A DNA stretch of 64,000 nt from Betaproteobacteria bacterium (GTDB lineage: Bacteria; Pseudomonadota; Gammaproteobacteria; Burkholderiales; SG8-39), in the NCBI GenBank assembly GCA_947478805.1, contig CANJXQ010000007.1:15-64014 (forward strand), given 5' to 3'. The notes below the pieces were generated by a model, which had not been told where the DNA came from, made no database searches, and was given only the letters and a program-made list of their open reading frames with translations. Positions 63,253 through 64,000 of the stretch are shown piece by piece. The translations under genes were made by a program, and so were the position numbers. Within the stretch, counting starts at the first letter, position 1. The number at the start of each line of letters is the position of its first letter.

Positions 63253-64000
63253 TTACATTGCGCTGGTCTGGCGGATCACGGCGCTGAACCGTTCCATGCG
63301 CTCCAGGCTCTCGGCGAGGTTCTCGCTGCGGAAATCGAAGATGAGTTCACTTACACCGAGCTTGGCGTAGCGGGCGGTGTCTTCGACGATCTCTTCCAAC
63401 GTGCCGGAGAAGGGTGGCTTCTCCCCGCTCTTGGCGTAGAAGGCCACCAGTGCGGGGTCGGACACCGGCACTTTGTAGGAGATGGTGATTTGCTTCGGAT
63501 CGCGGCCATTGGCTTCGGTCTGCCGGAACAGGTCATCGCGCGACCGGATCAGTTCGTCCGGAGGCAGGGGCACCGCCGGATTGGCGCCCACCGGATGCCA
63601 GCCGTCACCGTAGCTCGCGGTCCGTCGCAATGCCGCCTTGGTGCTGCCGCCAATCCAGATCGGTATATGGGGCGCCTGCACCGGCTTGGGCAGGCAGCGT
63701 ACCGGGTCGAAACGATAGAAGCGGCCCGTGAACGAGACCGGCTCGCCGCTCCAAAGCGTCTTGAAGATTTTCACGTATTCGTCGGTGACTGCCCCGCGCC
63801 GGTCGAAATCCTGTGAATCGAGCGCCTCGAACTCTTCGCGCATCCAGCCCACGCCGATGCCCAGGGTCAACCGACCGCCGGAGAGCACGTCGATGGTGGA
63901 AAGGACCTTGGCGGTCGCCACCGGATTGCGCTGCGGCACGATCAGGACGCTGGTGACCAGGCGCAGCGTCGTGGTCTTCGCGGCGAGAAACGCAATCGTC
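63253..64000 (-). CDS. LLM-class flavin/F420-dependent oxidoreductase, N-terminus outside window
   Basis: The reading frame continues upstream of the ORF-track Met to the window edge (…TIAFLAAKTTTLRLVTSVLIVPQRNPV). GGRLTLGIGVGW is typical of LLM proteins. Confidence 0.8.
   Translation of the reverse strand, partial: TIAFLAAKTTTLRLVTSVLIVPQRNPVATAKVLSTIDVLSGGRLTLGIGVGWMREEFEALDSQDFDRRGAVTDEYVKIFKTLWSGEPVSFTGRFYRFDPVRCLPKPVQAPHIPIWIGGSTKAALRRTASYGDGWHPVGANPAVPLPPDELIRSRDDLFRQTEANGRDPKQITISYKVPVSDPALVAFYAKSGEKPPFSGTLEEIVEDTARYAKLGVSELIFDFRSENLAESLERMERFSAVIRQTSAM

Overview
High-G+C (by eye about two-thirds) chromosomal segment. The gene content, including two Bug/TctC-type binding proteins, three orphan solute-binding paralogs and CoA-dependent catabolic operons, suggests a betaproteobacterium (Burkholderiales-like); this is an inference, since no search was run. 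I found no rRNA, tRNA, CRISPR array, transposase or integrase.

Gene order:
- livHMGF-type ABC transporter (5' end cut by the window edge).
- An ~0.8 kb visibly lower-G+C islet carrying a HigB/HigA-like (Gp49/RelE toxin + XRE antitoxin) pair.
- A membrane class III nucleotidyl cyclase.
- A complete protocatechuate / beta-ketoadipate operon (pcaB-H-G-I-J-D-C).
- Secreted dienelactone hydrolase and MBL-fold hydrolase.
- A minus-strand CoA-dependent C5-dicarboxylate (itaconate-like) operon.
- A thiolase/DUF35/acyl-CoA-ligase/crotonase cluster.
- Periplasmic proteases (DegQ-like, M61).
- Miscellaneous redox, transport and membrane genes.
- A signalling locus at about 42.6-49.5 kb.
- A SulP-STAS-cNMP-binding transporter.
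- A P450 / MgtC-DUF4010 unit.
- A DnaQ-GIY-YIG nuclease, then housekeeping glyA-nrdR-ribD-riboflavin synthase.

The most interesting candidate is the signalling locus. It holds a partner-switching set (STAS antagonist, RsbW-like kinase, CHASE2-PP2C phosphatase) with no sigma factor anywhere in the window. It is coupled to a secreted FecR-domain protein and an OmpA-domain protein. An MBL-fold hydrolase sits between STAS and the phosphatase. The kinase is co-oriented with a PEMT-like methyltransferase and an unassignable tail-anchored protein.

All calls rest on motif reading of the supplied ORF translations. Start codons are best guesses from SD motifs, overlaps and N-terminal conservation. The many long antisense ORFs are treated as high-GC artefacts.
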